Made by a program: the position numbers and the translations under genes. A DNA stretch of 64,000 nt from Eledone cirrhosa (taxonomy: Eukaryota): contig OZ024740.1 in assembly GCA_964016885.1 (NCBI GenBank), positions 53,630,001 to 53,694,000 of the forward strand, given 5' to 3'. Positions within the stretch are counted from its first letter, which is position 1. Every line of letters begins with the position of its first letter. Shown here piece after piece: positions 62,086 to 64,000 of this stretch. A model generated the notes under the pieces. It was given only the letters and a program-made list of their open reading frames with translations. It made no database searches and was not told the origin of the DNA.

Positions 62086-63291
62086 ATTATTTCACGGGAT
62101 GTCGTTATATGAATACGTAATAAACTTCTCTTCTCCTTACGTTTACCTTTCAACATATTTGTTTGTCGTTTTCTTTTTTTTTTTTAAGCTTTCCGGTCCC
62201 ATATTTGGTATGTACACTTTTCGCCCCATTTCTCTGTAACGAAAGCCGAAAGATCACAGCTTGTATCATTTTGTTTTCCTCTCATGTATTCGTTCTATTT
62301 TTATCACAAGTATCTCTGGTTTATAAGGAGCTATCGGGCTAAGAAGAGTATCAGACTGATGAATGGGAAATCTCCGTTTGACAAACTTCTTCAATTTTTT
62401 TGTATCCATCAAATACACCAAGTTACTGTGACTCCTCCATGATGCTCATCTTTACAAATGTAGTTAACCAATGATTGACACTATTGTTCCCCACATTGCT
62501 ATGTAAACTAAAAAAGGAAATAACCTATTGGAAAAATGTGTAACAGGGCTTCAGTTGTAATCTTTATGTTTATCAGTAGGGCTTAATCCTACGCAAAAAT
62601 CCGTGATTGTCAAGGTGTAAAGTCATTAGAGTTTAAGCGATATTATTCTCTTAACTAATCACTTTACTAAGTATTCCTTTTCATAATCTGGTGATAGTTT
62701 TGCTACAATAGTAAAGGCAAAGTAAGAACTACTATGAGGTAAACTTGGATCAGAAAAATTGGATCAAAAAAAGTTTTATAACAAAAAATTATCTAAACAA
62801 TTTGAAATACCTTTTATGCTATTTTTCTCACATCTATATATAATAATATGTTTCATGATTGTCAAGATACAAATGTATAGCCTGAGGTGATGGGTATATA
62901 TGAAAACAGGGGTGTCGAATATACAATAACGTCATTGATGATCATTTTCTAAAGATATTATTCATATTTCCATGCATAACCGGGCCTACGTATTCTTTCT
63001 CTTTTATATTCCTGTCAAATATTTGTCGTTCGTTTTGCTATGAATTAAATTAGCGGAACAGAAATTCAGATTTGTTCTTTACTCAGCAGTAATTCACAGT
63101 ATAACTTCAAGACAATTCAACGAAATACTAAATAATATGAAGTATATAATCTTTTATAAATAATCTGTCGGAAATCTTGACAAATCTTCCTATGTATTAC
63201 TTTCAACAGTTGGTAACATATGCTAATATTATTCAAATACTTCCATATAGTTGAAGATATATGCAATGAATTTATATATAAGGTCACACAG

Positions 63292-63345
<54 letters not shown>

Positions 63346-64000
63346 ATAATAATAATAAATTTGAAGACTAAAATCCAAAGAGGGCTCGATAAGAATAAAT
63401 ATATATCAAATATATAAGAACCGTAGAGCAAATATTTATTAAAATAACAGATTAAAGTTTAAGCAAAGAATCGCTGCTTTCACCCTTAACTAGATCTTCT
63501 GAAACTAACAAAGTCAATCTGTAAACGCAGAAGTGGATATTTCTAAAAAAGTTGCAACCGGAGGAAGACAGGAAGACGATACTTTGGTTTGTGGAAACGT
63601 TCCCTGGCAAAGAACGGGAAAAAACGAATATAATACGTCATTAATGGGAGCGGTGAAAAACAATTACACGCAAAGACAGTGGTAGCTAAGTATATGTTAT
63701 GTTTATACCATTACTTATTTGCATAGGTAAGTATATATTACCTGTATGTTTTGTGAAGGTACGTATACTTTCTCGTACGTATATTTGATTGTATATGTTA
63801 TGGCGTATAATTTTATATATTCTGGTACATATGGTTTGGTTATGTGTATCCGGGAGTTTTGCGTCTGAGTGAGTAAGCGGGTTCGTACTTATGTAGGGTG
63901 TGTGTATATGTGTACTTCATGTTTTGGTTGACGTACGTCTCCGAACATTTGTGTATTTACATGTAGGTATGGGTTTGCGCTTGTTATATACGTATTTATT

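Noticed and set aside
62355-62380. CTGATGA...GAAA
   Set aside because: No stem I or stem II pairing.
63465-63510. CAGAAGA...GAAA on the minus strand beside a TA-associated repeat
   Set aside because: The core is altered and the stems are poor.

Overview
Eukaryotic, gene-free, repeat-saturated DNA, probably from an octopus (inferred from the tRNA-derived SINE, the abundant R4/Dong LINEs and the dense TA/CA/ATT microsatellites). I found no host gene. The window holds R4/Dong-type RLE LINEs, Tx1/L1-type APE LINEs, an RTE fragment, Penelope-like elements (PLEs; RT plus C-terminal GIY-YIG), about eight SINE copies and two DNA-transposon remnants. The main signal the ORF track misses is about 17 type I hammerhead ribozyme (HHR) motifs from about 12 sequence families, read by eye. 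Several have variant cores: U3-A8 covariation, an extra nucleotide after A9, U.U or A-U at the base of stem II, or a roughly 100-nt stem II. Some lie in PLE 3' pseudo-LTRs. Many lie in ORF-less tandem units (about 429, 484 and 700 bp) and in fold-back insertions within (TA)n, and these fold-backs all have the same head-to-head polarity. This looks like a diverse set of non-autonomous, PLE-mobilised, retrozyme-like elements that could produce circular RNA. The SINE also shares its 3' end with the Tx1-like LINE, and Dong and Tx1 elements occupy (ATT)n tracts in opposite orientations. All structures were assigned manually, without folding software or database searches.
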